DNA of 64,000 nucleotides, taken from positions 80,662,001-80,726,000 of the forward strand of contig CM060731.1 of assembly GCA_030704615.1 (NCBI GenBank). The letters run 5' to 3'. The stretch's first letter is position 1. Every line of letters starts with the position of its first letter. Both the position numbers and the translations under genes were made by a program. The notes beneath the pieces are model-generated. The model had not been told where the DNA came from and searched no databases. It saw only the letters and a list, made by a program, of their open reading frames with translations. This document shows positions 26,881 through 38,185 of the stretch, piece after piece. The DNA is from Takakia lepidozioides (lineage: Eukaryota > Plantae > Bryophyta).

Positions 26881-27057
26881 GAAATGGACCAGTTGGAAAA
26901 AGCTCTTCATCCTCACATCTTCTTATGTCGGGCAGTCAATTCAAAAGCGATTGGTTGTTGCCTCTCAACAACAGCTACAACGTTGGATGAGCTTTCATCT
27001 CTTTTTGTTGAAAGAAATCATGAATGTATGTTTGATGTGTCAGCTTGGGATTATTAT

Positions 27058-30000
27058 CACTACAAAAGATGAACGTTTTTATGACTATGGCTTTTGCGGA
27101 GTCATAAAAACGGTACTAGATATACGACTACAGAATGATGAAATGCATTGTAGTCATAGTTTTATCACTCTGTAATAATGGATATCACTACATGACTCCG
27201 GAAAGATAGGGAGCATTGGTCAAACATTGTTGACCACAATGATAGGGATGATTTATATGACTAGTGTGATATATTTCACTACACGTGGACGACGTTTCAT
27301 GGAAACTTATGACTTCATGACTGAAGATGGTTTTACAGCTCTATTTATACAACTACATCACTACACATGTCATTTTGAAGGCACATACAAGAATGTATTC
27401 ATCCATTGGATGAGTTCATCCATCGATGACATGACATGTAAACTTATGACTGCCTTACTGCAGATTGTTTCATAATTCTATATATATGACTACATCACTA
27501 CACGTGTCATTTTAAAGGCATATACATGAATGAATTCATCCAAGATATATGAGATTAAAATGCGCAATGATCATGGTTGTACATGGAAATTATTTTTGAA
27601 TCGTTAGATTGTATAAGATCTAACGGTTTAAGATTAGGTATGCCGAACTTCATGAGCAAATTCGCTTAAGTCCTGGCTGAGAGTCTTGGCAGATGCAACG
27701 GTAGAAGGGATGATGATGGTAGTGAGATTTTAGCCTAAGCTTATGACCACTAAAATGAATCAAAGTGCAAAAGGTTAATTTTTTTTTCAAAAAGTTGATT
27801 ATAGGGTTTGTAAATTTAAGGTTAAAAAAATTCAAAAAGTTGCTTATAGGGTTGCCCATCACGGTAGCCCTAAACAGAGGGCTGCGACTTAGGCTTTTTT
27901 TTTCCTCCTGCGCCTGAGAGAGATGTTGTGTCATGGGACGCGATGATGCAGGAGCGTAGGATGGAGGCTTTGCAGACCTACCTACTCTTGCGCAAATGAT
28001 GCAGAAATGAGAAAAGGAGGAGGAGACGAGACATCTCCGACATCATCCTACATCTCTCGTCATCTCGTCGAGGAGGGGAAGCTCCCAACATTCTTGCGAG
28101 CTCGCCGTTTTTGGGTTTTGGGAGAGAGACGAGACGAGGAGAAGCTCGCCGTTCTTGGGAGAGTCAACTTGGTCTTAGTAAGCCGTGTTTCAATCTTTGC
28201 CTGCTCAGCTGCACCGTGGTGGTTCGATCTCACATACCAATCCGACATTACCTGACTACAGACACAAGCAGCAAACACAAGAGGTCCTTTTGGGTTGATG
28301 GCCGGTCAAATCCTCCATGGGTCATGACACAAGGTCAAGGACAATGTGGTGAGGGCACCTTCTTCTTCGACCTATTTCAGCCTGTTTTTCCCTCTCATCA
28401 GACTCGGCCTTGAGATGCATATTGAATTATGTAAATTAACTCGTTGGGTGGATTTGTCGTGGTTTAGAGTGACTTTGACAAGTTGTTGCCGATGTAGCAG
28501 CAGGAAAGTATCCAAAAACAGGTAACAGAGATGAGGAGAAGCTTTGGAATGAGCACTTTTCCGACCCGGATAGTTGGGTAAGTCGGTTTGTATACTGATG
28601 TTCATTTGTCGTAAGATGAGCAGTGTGCGTGTTGTGACCTGAATCCTCCATGGGTCATGACACAAGAGGTTGGGGTATTTGCTGGAAGAACTTCACGCCG
28701 TCAGTGTCAACTACTAGCAGCAAGGCTGAGGATGTATTCATGATTTGTACACAGACATGGATAGCTGAAGGACCAGGGATAGAGGTGCAGATTCATCCAA
28801 GAGGGTCGGATTTCAAACACAAGATTATTTCTGATTCCCTGTGATGGAGAGACATCCTTGAAGGGGTCGTGCTCTTCGGCCCAAAACCAACCAGTTGACC
28901 ATCTACCCATGTAGCTATCCTTCCACAAGGAATCGTAGGTAATCTGGAGCTTGAAATCCAGCCCCCCACACTCTATCCCTGCTCCCTGCTCTTTCAGCTA
29001 TCCATGCCTCTGCACAAATCATGCATACATCCTCGTCTTGCTGCTAGCAGCTAACAATGACAACCTAGAATTGTTCCAGCAAACACCCCAACCCTACTTA
29101 TCAACTAGTTCCTATGCTCAATTGCATCTACTTCCAACAAGCATTCACCTTTTGCCTCGATTGTTCCACCATTGACTGGGGACGGAAACATATTCATTCT
29201 AGAGCAGCTTCTCCTAGTCTCTGATACTTTCTTGTTGGCCACATTGGCAGTTACATATCAAAATCACTCCAAAACCACCATAGATCCACCAATGAGCTAA
29301 CTTGCAGAATTCAACATGAAATATTAGGGACGACTCTGATAACAGGGAAAAACAGGCTGAAATACGTTGAAGAATGTGCCTTCATTAGCAATGTCTTGTT
29401 CTATCAATTGTGCTGCTGTTTCCAGTTGACCATCTACCCACGCAGATTTCTTGTAGCTATTGATGATTTTTTAGGAAGTGGAAGGCTAGGGCCCAGCTTT
29501 CTTATCACAGTGTTAGCTGATTTTCAGTTCTTCTTCTCAGCTCGGTGCGTTTCTATTTCCATGTTTTGGCAGTAGTTTCAGGCTGCAGTCTCTTTTCCTT
29601 CTAGACTCTTTAGCTCTATGCAGGCCCCTTCTTTGCTTGCCTTCCTTCTTACTACTCTTTCTTGTCTTGGTTCGCGAAGCTATGGCTTCGTTTTTCAGCC
29701 TCTATGGCACTCTATCCAGAGGGTTTTTTTCCTCTTTGTATCCAAGGACATTTTATGTCCATTATCTATAAAGTTCTGGAGCGCTTTGTTAACCAAAAGA
29801 AAAAAAATAGACAACAACGGCTTCCATTCTATTTTCCCAAAAACATAATGAAGAATTTAAGTCAATTAATAATCTAAATGTTATAATTTTGTAATTTGAT
29901 TTATTAGATCAAATCATTATTAAAAAAACCTCTTATGACATGTGTCAATCATACCTGTGGACATGTAGTTATATAATGTAGTCATGAAGTTATATACTCA

Positions 30001-30393
30001 TGACTACATCACCACATATGGCATTATATGATACAATATTCTTCCCCACGTGTATGTCATATATGTTGTCCACGTGGACACGTGTCACATCCGGAGTGCT
30101 ACATGTGTCCCTCTGACGCCTCTCCATGGAGTCATATACTTTGTACAGATGTAGTCATATAGTTAGTCATACAGTTAGTCATATATAAGTCATATAGTTG
30201 TGACTACATCGCTCTCTGCAGCATGACTCAGATGCCACGCACGCAGTCACGGCTATGACTTGCACAACGCATTCATAAAGGATGGTCGTTATGACAGGGT
30301 TTTTTTCACTACAGAGTGATGTAGTCATGAACGCATATAAGACTGAAAATATAGTCATATGTGCAGTCATAAAAACGCTCATCTGTTGTAGTG
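27058..30393. mobile_element. Non-autonomous CACTA element (Pack-CACTA 2)
   Basis: 29-bp TIR cactacaa(a/c)agatga(a/g)cgtttttatgact with 2 mismatches; TSD tat (27055-27057, 30394-30396); atgacta/tagtcat subterminal repeats. Confidence 0.93.
28370..29465. repeat. Inverted pair of OSB/PDF-motif gene fragments (arms ~28370-28845 on +, ~28895-29465 on -)
   Basis: Arm 1 is colinear with 24510-24960 (EEKLWNEHFSDPDSW; IHPRGSDFKHK). Arm 2 is the reverse complement of 24440-25000, e.g. cagctatccatgcctctgcacaaatcatg versus catgatttgtgcagaggcatggatagctg. Confidence 0.88.
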
Positions 30394-31054
30394 TATATAT
30401 TGAAACTTCATCCAATTCTCGATATTTGATTAAAAGTTTTATGACATGACATACATAAACAAATGTTTCATACACAAACTACAAATTAACATGTACATAT
30501 CAATTCAAACATTTTAGACACAATTGTGACAAAATCATGAGTTATAAGTTGGGCTTAAATCAAATTACTGGATGTCCAACTTCAATTTTTAGGAGCTCAA
30601 TTTTATGTGGAGTGGACGAGTTCTTTTTTAATGTGAGTTTGCATCATGGTTGAGATGACCATGCATTATAAAGGCCACGTTAGACTATGAACCAAAACCA
30701 AGATCTCGGAGTCTAGTTGCACATTAAATTATATTACTGATATCAATATTTGCAAACGTACCGTATGATGTCATTTGACCCCGAAGGGCTATTGCCTTCT
30801 GGTGGGAAGATGGAACCCACAACCACCAGTGAGGCGGGTTGTGCTCTTACCACTAATCTAAATGTTGGTTATCTTATTAATATGATAGGGATCAAAGTTG
30901 GTGTGTGTAAAGTCCCTAGAATCAAGACCAAGGACCATGTTCCATGGGCACTCCCAAGCATCCCAAAGGTGGAATCACCACTTCAAAACATGATGAAGTG
31001 GTTCTATAGAGACCTTTATAATCTTCCCCGCCAATGGTGCGACTATATTTGACA

Positions 31055-31170
31055 CTTATGACTCCATGATTGAGATGGCCAGGCTTTTCTGAGTACATGC
31101 AGTCATGCATGGATTTTATGACTATAAATTTAGTCATATATATAGTCATAAAAACACATCTGCTGGAGCC
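31055..31170. repeat. Orphan degenerate right end of the CACTA-2 family
   Basis: tagtcataaaaacacatctgctggag resembles the right TIR cagtcataaaaacgctcatctgttgtagtg, preceded by atgact/agtcat motifs. Confidence 0.55.
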
Positions 31171-31772
31171 TGGTAAGGCAATGGTGATGGTAGCCATTAG
31201 GTACATGAATCGATTATTGTTGGATTGCCATGTCACATGGGTCTAAGTCACTCTAGTCATATCACCTGATTTGTCGCTTTGGTTCCACTTCTTTTTTATA
31301 CCTTTACTACTTAGTCAAATTTCATGACACTAAGTGGGAGGTGCACCAATTGGAGTGCCACTCCCTTTTGTGTCACTCGAATCTGTGTCATTCTCGAGAG
31401 GGGGTAGGAAAGATTTGACATGTCGAAAACCAACGCACAATATTGTCGAAGATCACACGCTTGCCTCAAGTTGTTACATTATTGCAATTGTTATCATAAA
31501 TGGATAAAATTAAGTAATTGTAGTAAATCTAATTTAAATATAATATTTCTTATATATATCCATTTGTATTAAATTACAATGGGCTTTTTTATTAATAATA
31601 TTTTAGTAATATATCAAGTATTTAATTGAATTATAACCTGATTTTATCCTTATCCTCGGGATAATTCATAATCTTTGTTGTGTATCTATATATATACCCA
31701 AAAATAGACGAGATAGTATTCAACTCGGACCCGGAAAACAAGTTTAAGATAAAAAATATATATTGTTAAAAC

Positions 31773-33539
31773 CAGTGTTGGGCGGATATAGACTGATCCG
31801 GATATCAATAGCCGGATATCAATCAGGATACCAATGGATCCGGATCTAGATCCAGAGGGTTTTTGATATCCGGGTTTTTTTTATATCCGGCGGATATGTG
31901 AAACAAGAGATCCGGCTAGGATTCTATCCGCCGGATAGAATAACGATTAATATTCAGAATACATCTGGATACCTGGGCCAATCATGGATCTCAGCCGGAT
32001 ACAATAAGAATTTAAATATAAATTAACATTTAAAAAAACACGAAAATGTTGTCATCTGTCATCTCCTCTCTCCTCCCGTCTCTTGTTCCTTCTTTCACGC
32101 ACGCTATCCTTCACATTTGCCCTGCTTCGTCCTGCTCCATCTGCGGCGTGCCCCATCTGTACTCCATCGACCTTCTTGCCTGCAAGTCTTGCAGCAAGGG
32201 CGCTCCCGCCCCTGCCTTTGCTCTTTGTTTCTTTTTTTCTTTTTTTCCCCTTAGCATTCTCTCTCCCTCCTCCATCATTGTCTTTCTCTATCTCTTTGTC
32301 TCATTCTGTATTTGTTTCTCTGCCTCTCAACCTCCTATGTTTCCCTCTCTCAATCCTTGTCTTTAGTTTTCTTCTGTTGAGGTTCAATGGGAGTCGTTTC
32401 TTCTGTTGAGGACATAAAGACTATTGATAATTTGTTTGGAGCTGGTGCTAGTGAGGCATAACCATTCTGGAATTGGTGAAAAAAAAATTGTCTCTCTTCT
32501 GACGCATGACACTTGAGGGGGGACAATGCAATGATCCATTGCAATGGTGGAAGAGATATGAGTCCAAGTTTTCCACGGTTGGTTTCTTGGCTCGTCAAAT
32601 TCTTGGCATAGTTGGTAGGTAAATTGAGACGGAAAGGTTGTTTTCCATTGCCGGGGTGCTCACTTCATTTGAGACGATGTCGCCTTGATACTGATAATTT
32701 GGACAAGTTGTTGCTTGGTGAAGAACTGGCCTAATGATGCAAGAAAAGGTTGCAAAGCTTATGATGATTTTCAGGAATCCGAGGCACGATTGATTGAGGA
32801 GTTGGAAGATACATTTGAGGCATATCTGATTTTTGAAGATGATGATTCTATTCAGCTTGAAGTTGCTTACATTTCCAGAAGCAAAGTGTTAGTCACAATG
32901 CTTCATACATAGCCAAAATGACGGTGGTATCAATTTCTTCTTGCCTTACTTGTTTTCTGCTTTAAATGACATTGTTGGTTACTTTGTGGAGGTAGTTCGA
33001 GTTCTTTCAAGCTCAAGCTTAAGCTTTAGCTCTTTCCTTTCCAGCTTTAGTATTACATTTTCAGAGGCTGTCACAGTGAGCATATGGAAGAATTCAAGAT
33101 GTTTGCTCATTTAATTATGGCAAATGGCTTTTTTCATGGTTCATTTTTCATGGTTTCTTTTCAATATGATATACAGATCTTCCTCCCCTTTCTAAAAAGA
33201 AACAAAACTTAGGTTGATTTAACCATTGCTCTGAATTAACTTGATATCTAATTTTATTAGATTTTAAAATATTTAAATGAAAAATTTCAATTAATAATAT
33301 CATATTACCTGTATCCGGATTCCGTATCCAGACCACTCTCTAAACGCTGGACATTATAATCTGAATATCCGGATTTATTTATATCCAAAGATTTTAAAAA
33401 TAAACTATTATGCATAACCGGCGGATATTAGAAATTCAGATTTTGTTAATATCCGGATCCGCCGGATGTATCCCTCTCTAATTTGGCAACTATCCGGACC
33501 CGGCAGATATGAGAAAAAACTAAGAACCGCCTAAAACTG
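31773..33539 (+). mobile_element. Internally deleted hAT element with transposase C-terminal dimerisation-domain remnant (~32560-32745)
   Basis: Left TIR cagtgttgggcgg after gttaaaac; degenerate right TIR ccgcctaaaactg; ccggat/atccgg subterminal repeats; peptide TVGFLARQILGIVGR*IETERLFSIAGVLTS / LRRCRLDTDNLDKL / VKNWPNDAR. Confidence 0.85.
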
Positions 33540-34519
33540 CCGTGGATTCGGATTCCAATTCAAGAGGCTAACTTCCCCAGATCTTATGTTTTGACTTTTG
33601 TGTGAAGTGCATGATACCTACTCTTAAGTGTGTCTATACATTATGAAAGATTTATTACAATAGGGACCAAACAATAAGGAATAGAGTGACATACCTATTG
33701 GCCAAGGTTTTTTCTAGGTTGTTTTGGCTTTATATTATGGACCAAGACCACCAAAGTGGCATCTAGGTTGTGTTGAATATGGCGAGAAAAAATCCCATGT
33801 GGTTTGGAGGACCAACTTTTGCCCACTCGACCACGAGAGCAATTAAATTTTATGGTCGATGTTCTTTACGAACCTTGAAGGTCGTCTAAAGGCAAGTGGG
33901 TGAGCTCTAGCTCCATCTCCCGTTGGTGTTGTAGTTGCTCATATAGCTTTATTTGCTCTTGAGTAGGCAGCCTAAATGGTTGGGAGTTTATGCCTTGCTT
34001 GGGCATAACCAGGGTGATCCTAGTTTCAATCCTTCCACATGTTTCTTCAACCATGCTAATATGGGATTGTCATGGTATAAACTAGTGCAACCAAAATCTT
34101 GTGTTACCTCTTGTCCATGGTGTGGGCTCATAAGAAGCAAGATGCTATCAAATTTTAGAAAAAAAACCTACACCCTCACATCAAATGTGATAGATCTCGT
34201 GATGTAATTATTGGTCTTTCCACACACTAAACCGTTGGTGCCAAGATATTCATATTATATGCATATTTTGACTTGATCCACGGTCCTTCCATTATTCTAC
34301 TTAACAACTGTCAGACTTCCTCATGGCAGTCTCGCCACCTATGGAACATTGTAAAGACAATCACATTATGACAAATCTGGAACGCCAGATGTTCTTTAAA
34401 TTTTTGGGAACAAATCTTCTAACCTACAGACAACTCTCAGTAGGATTTTTATAGATCTTGATAAGAAGATATATGGGGTTGTTATGGAAGCATTCCGTAG
34501 ATGTACAACGCGTATGTCT

Positions 34520-35443
34520 GGTATCACTTTACCACATTGCCTCATGACCAAGTGACGAAGCCACACATTTTCTATACTAGAAAGAGGTCTATAGCCCTTG
34601 GCAATATAAAGGACCAGATCTTCAAGGAACCTTTGTTGGGCTAAATCATTTTTTCTGGTATGGATTTTGATTGCCAAAGTAACTTGTGATAGTTGAAGGG
34701 GTTAATGATGCTACATTTCTTTTCTTACACGCTTGACGTGACCCGCCTCTCCTGGATCTGCAGAATTCTTTGATGATTTGTATCTACTGTATATCTTGGC
34801 ATGCTCGTGGGCTACATGCTTAATCGTGGCAGTAATTCCATGTAACGAATTATTGGTCAAAATTTCCTTCCTGGATCTTGTGGTTTATGCACCACTTGCT
34901 CTTGTGCTACAACATGACACATGATACACCGCATAATTTGAGCACATCGGGTGTTATCTACTTGAATACCAATCTCAAATAGTACTATAGTGGAACCCTA
35001 ATCTCTCAAGTGTTTGTAGCTGTCTTTGTGCAGGTCTTCAAGCATGCCTGCAGAAAGATACAACTTTGCTTGCATAGGTCTTGGGATGGGCCGGCAGATA
35101 AAGACGCCCTACATGTGTTAAAAAATGAAAAATAGTGGCGGACCCTTGGGGCTGGACATGCCCTAACCCTTGACCCCCTGACATGTGCACCCGCCCAACT
35201 TGACATCTATACCATGTGTATAGTCATTGTTTTTGCCTCTAATATGGATATTGCACGGGTATTGCCTTTGGCAATACCAGCCTGTGTAGGGTATTGACCT
35301 AAGTATTGGAATTGCCAATATCAGCCGGTTTAGTTATTAACCCTAGTATTACATAAGCCAATACCAGTCGGGTCAGTTATTCAATACCCAGGTTGATACC
35401 CTAGTGAATACCCGGCTAGGCCCTATATACTAGTCTAACACTG
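34520..35443 (-). mobile_element. hAT element 5' remnant with transposase N-terminal region
   Basis: TIR ctaacactg ends at 35443; caatacc subterminal repeats; minus-strand peptides MRCIMC...HGITATIKHVAHEH (BED-like) and QQRFLEDLVLYIAKGYRPLSSIENVWLRHLVMRQC. Confidence 0.75.
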
Positions 35444-35451
35444 GTACAAAC

Positions 35452-38185
35452 CAGTGTTGGGAGGATACCTTTTTCTGCCATTATACCCTGAGGGTAAAAC
35501 CCAATAAGGGTATATGGATATACCCTACCCTGGAAATTCCAAAATACCCTTACCCTACCCTTGTCAAATATCTCAAACGGAAGGAACCCACCCTAACCCT
35601 GATTCTACACATCCAAAACCCTCGACATATAGCCATACCGCCATCTTTCTTTTCTCAGCTCGAACAATTGCTCACCATCACTCATAAAATAATGGCCACC
35701 ATCCATTATCCAACCATCATTTCCCACACCCATACACCCACCACATTGTTCCGGATCAAAACCAACAAAGCTTGGAACACTGCGACACCACGCCCTTCCC
35801 AGGTCGCGACAACAACACCTCTACCCCCAATCCCTGCAATATATCAACAAAACACCATCCCCAAATACCCACGAGCCAATTCACATTCCACTGATGGATC
35901 CCTTACCAAACCTAATGCAGGGTATGGAATCTACCACGCCGACACCAGTCAAGGCGTTGCCCTCAGGCTCCCTGGCCCTGCCACCATCCTCCGGGCTGAG
36001 CTCATGGCCATTTATGATGCCCTCTCTCTACTTGACACCTTCCCCCCCCCCAACACTACATCTTCACCGACAGCCTTACCTCACTATTCCTCATTCGCAA
36101 CCACATCTCCCACCCCTCTGCCCATCATCATCACCCCGACCGTAACCTCATTGTCGCTATTGTCCAGAGGGCCATCTCCCTAGGCCACCCAGTCCATATA
36201 CTCAAAGTCCGTTCGCATACTGGCATCCATGGTAATGAAGAAGCAGACCTACTCGCCCAACTCGGCGCCTCCCAACCCATAGTTGAACCCTCGATCGACC
36301 CTATTCACATCGCCCTCACCCATCCCTTCTGGTTCATACACCCCGTTCCGGACCCCCCTGTACCCAGACCAGTCCAAAACCTCCTGACCACTTTGACTAG
36401 AGAAGCAAATAAACAAGCGGCAACCTCCATCAACCATACCAAAGTACACATCCAAAAATGGACTCAATCCAATGTTCTGCACCATAAACTCTCCAATCAT
36501 TTCTGGCTAACCAAAGCCACCACCGACGCACAAATCCGACAAACACTCAAATTCCGATATGCCCAATACATGGGCCACCAGCGCAAATACATCTTCTGGC
36601 CACATCTGTTCCCATCCCCATACTGCCCGTTATGTGCAACCACCCACCAAGCTCGTGACACTTGGCCACATCACCTCAACCAATGTGCACACCTAGTTAT
36701 ACATGGCTTGCATAGCACGCGTCATAACCAGATAGTCTGACACCTCCATAAGCTCTTTCTAAAACGTGCTGAAACCCGTTGGTTCTCGCTCATGAATGCA
36801 GGCACCTACCAGGGACGGCCACCCGACCACATAGTACCACCATGGCTACTACCATGCATATGTACCCGATCACCATGCTCGTGCCCGACTCGACTTTGCC
36901 CGGACATACTCCTCGTCCAAAGTCTACCTATCAACACTTTACCCCCCACCTCACCATCCCCACAACTCACCATCCATTTCATTGAATTCACATTTTGCCA
37001 TGATCGTTATCCAAACGATTCAATCTTAGAAAAACGTCAAAAATATGCCCCACTTATCTTTGCACTCCGAAGGCATGGCTGGAAAACCGACCCGTTAACT
37101 GTCATTACAGCCGGCACTCGAGGTGACATTCATAACGCCAGTATCACGGACATACACGATAACTTCCAAATTCCCATTCTTCCCATCCACAAATGTTTCA
37201 AAGAAATCCATCTCACGGCACTCCGTTCACTCACAACTATTATCACCAACAAACGCCAACGGAATCCGGCACTTCAAACGCACCTTAGGTCCCCCAGGAT
37301 ACCCCTGGTACCTAGGGGTACCCTCGCCCCCTCAATTCTTAGCGGTCACCTGGTGTCCCCCTGGACACTTTTTTGTTATAGGGCCCACCCCCGAAAGGGG
37401 GCAATAGCCGCAAGGTGAAGTGGCTCTTAGTTACGCCGGCCTCGGCCGGAGTCTTCTCTCTCTCTCTCTCTCTCTCTTTGTTATTATATTTTAGGGCCAT
37501 TAGAGGAGCATAAACGAGGGCTAAAAGTTTGCTATTCATAAGGCACATAAAAAATAAACAAAAATATTTTAATTTTTCAAAATAAAAGGCATATCCCGTT
37601 AAATTCTATATAACGGGGATGTTATATAGTTGAAATGCTTCGTCTTGGTTAGGCCCTCTGGCAATCCTTCCCCCCCCAACCGAGGTTTTGGTTCTTAGTT
37701 AACTCCTGCTTTCCCCCCCAACTCCCTACCAGTGCTAGGTGTTCCCCATGTGATACGCCTTTACGGTCCCTTAGGAGGTTATTTTTTCCTCCTCTCTGTT
37801 CTCATTTTGCCGCTCCAATAAAGTTTTTGCAGGGCCTCTGTCCCTTTTATTAAAATAAAATAAAATAAAAAAGCTTTATTCTAAGTATTTAATAAAATTC
37901 ACAATTAAAAAAAACAATTACCCTTTATAATTACCTGGGATATCCTGAGGATATAAAAATGGTACCATTATCCTGCAATTACCCTTACCCTCATGGTATA
38001 TGTGACACCCAATACCCTTACCCTGAGGGTAAATGTTTACCAAAAATCTATATATACCCTTACCCGGAGGGTAAATATTTTCAAAAAATAGATTATACCC
38101 TTACCCTGAGGATAAGTTTGACCCCCAAAATCATGTATACCCTTACCCTGAGGGTAGAAAAAATCAATATACCCTCCCAACACTG
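35452..38185. mobile_element. Second copy of the TACCCT-rich hAT MITE, interrupted by a retroelement fragment
   Basis: 35452-35567 matches 15120-15237 and 37477-38185 matches 15616-16309. Both TIRs are intact but the flanking 8-mers differ (gtacaaac vs gttatttc). Confidence 0.9.
35568..37476 (+). mobile_element. 3' fragment of a non-LTR retrotransposon with RNase H, CCHC finger and restriction-like endonuclease (Dualen/RandI-like), (CT)n tail
   Basis: RNase H: TDGS...AGYG...ILRAELMAI / IFTDS / KVRSHTGIHGNEEAD. Finger: CPLC...RDTWPHHLNQC. RLE: RHN, CPDILL, FIEFTFC, EKRQKY. Frameshifted; (CT)n at 37455-37476. Confidence 0.82.

Noticed and set aside
30640-31030. Possible LTR remnant or 100-aa ORF
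   Set aside because: No TG..CA ends, partner LTR or protein motif found
37380-37430. Hammerhead ribozyme
   Set aside because: The three-stem layout is suggestive but the CUGANGA core is absent. The CTGATGA hits I checked elsewhere (e.g. 977, 42870, 57952) lack a paired GAAA and stems.
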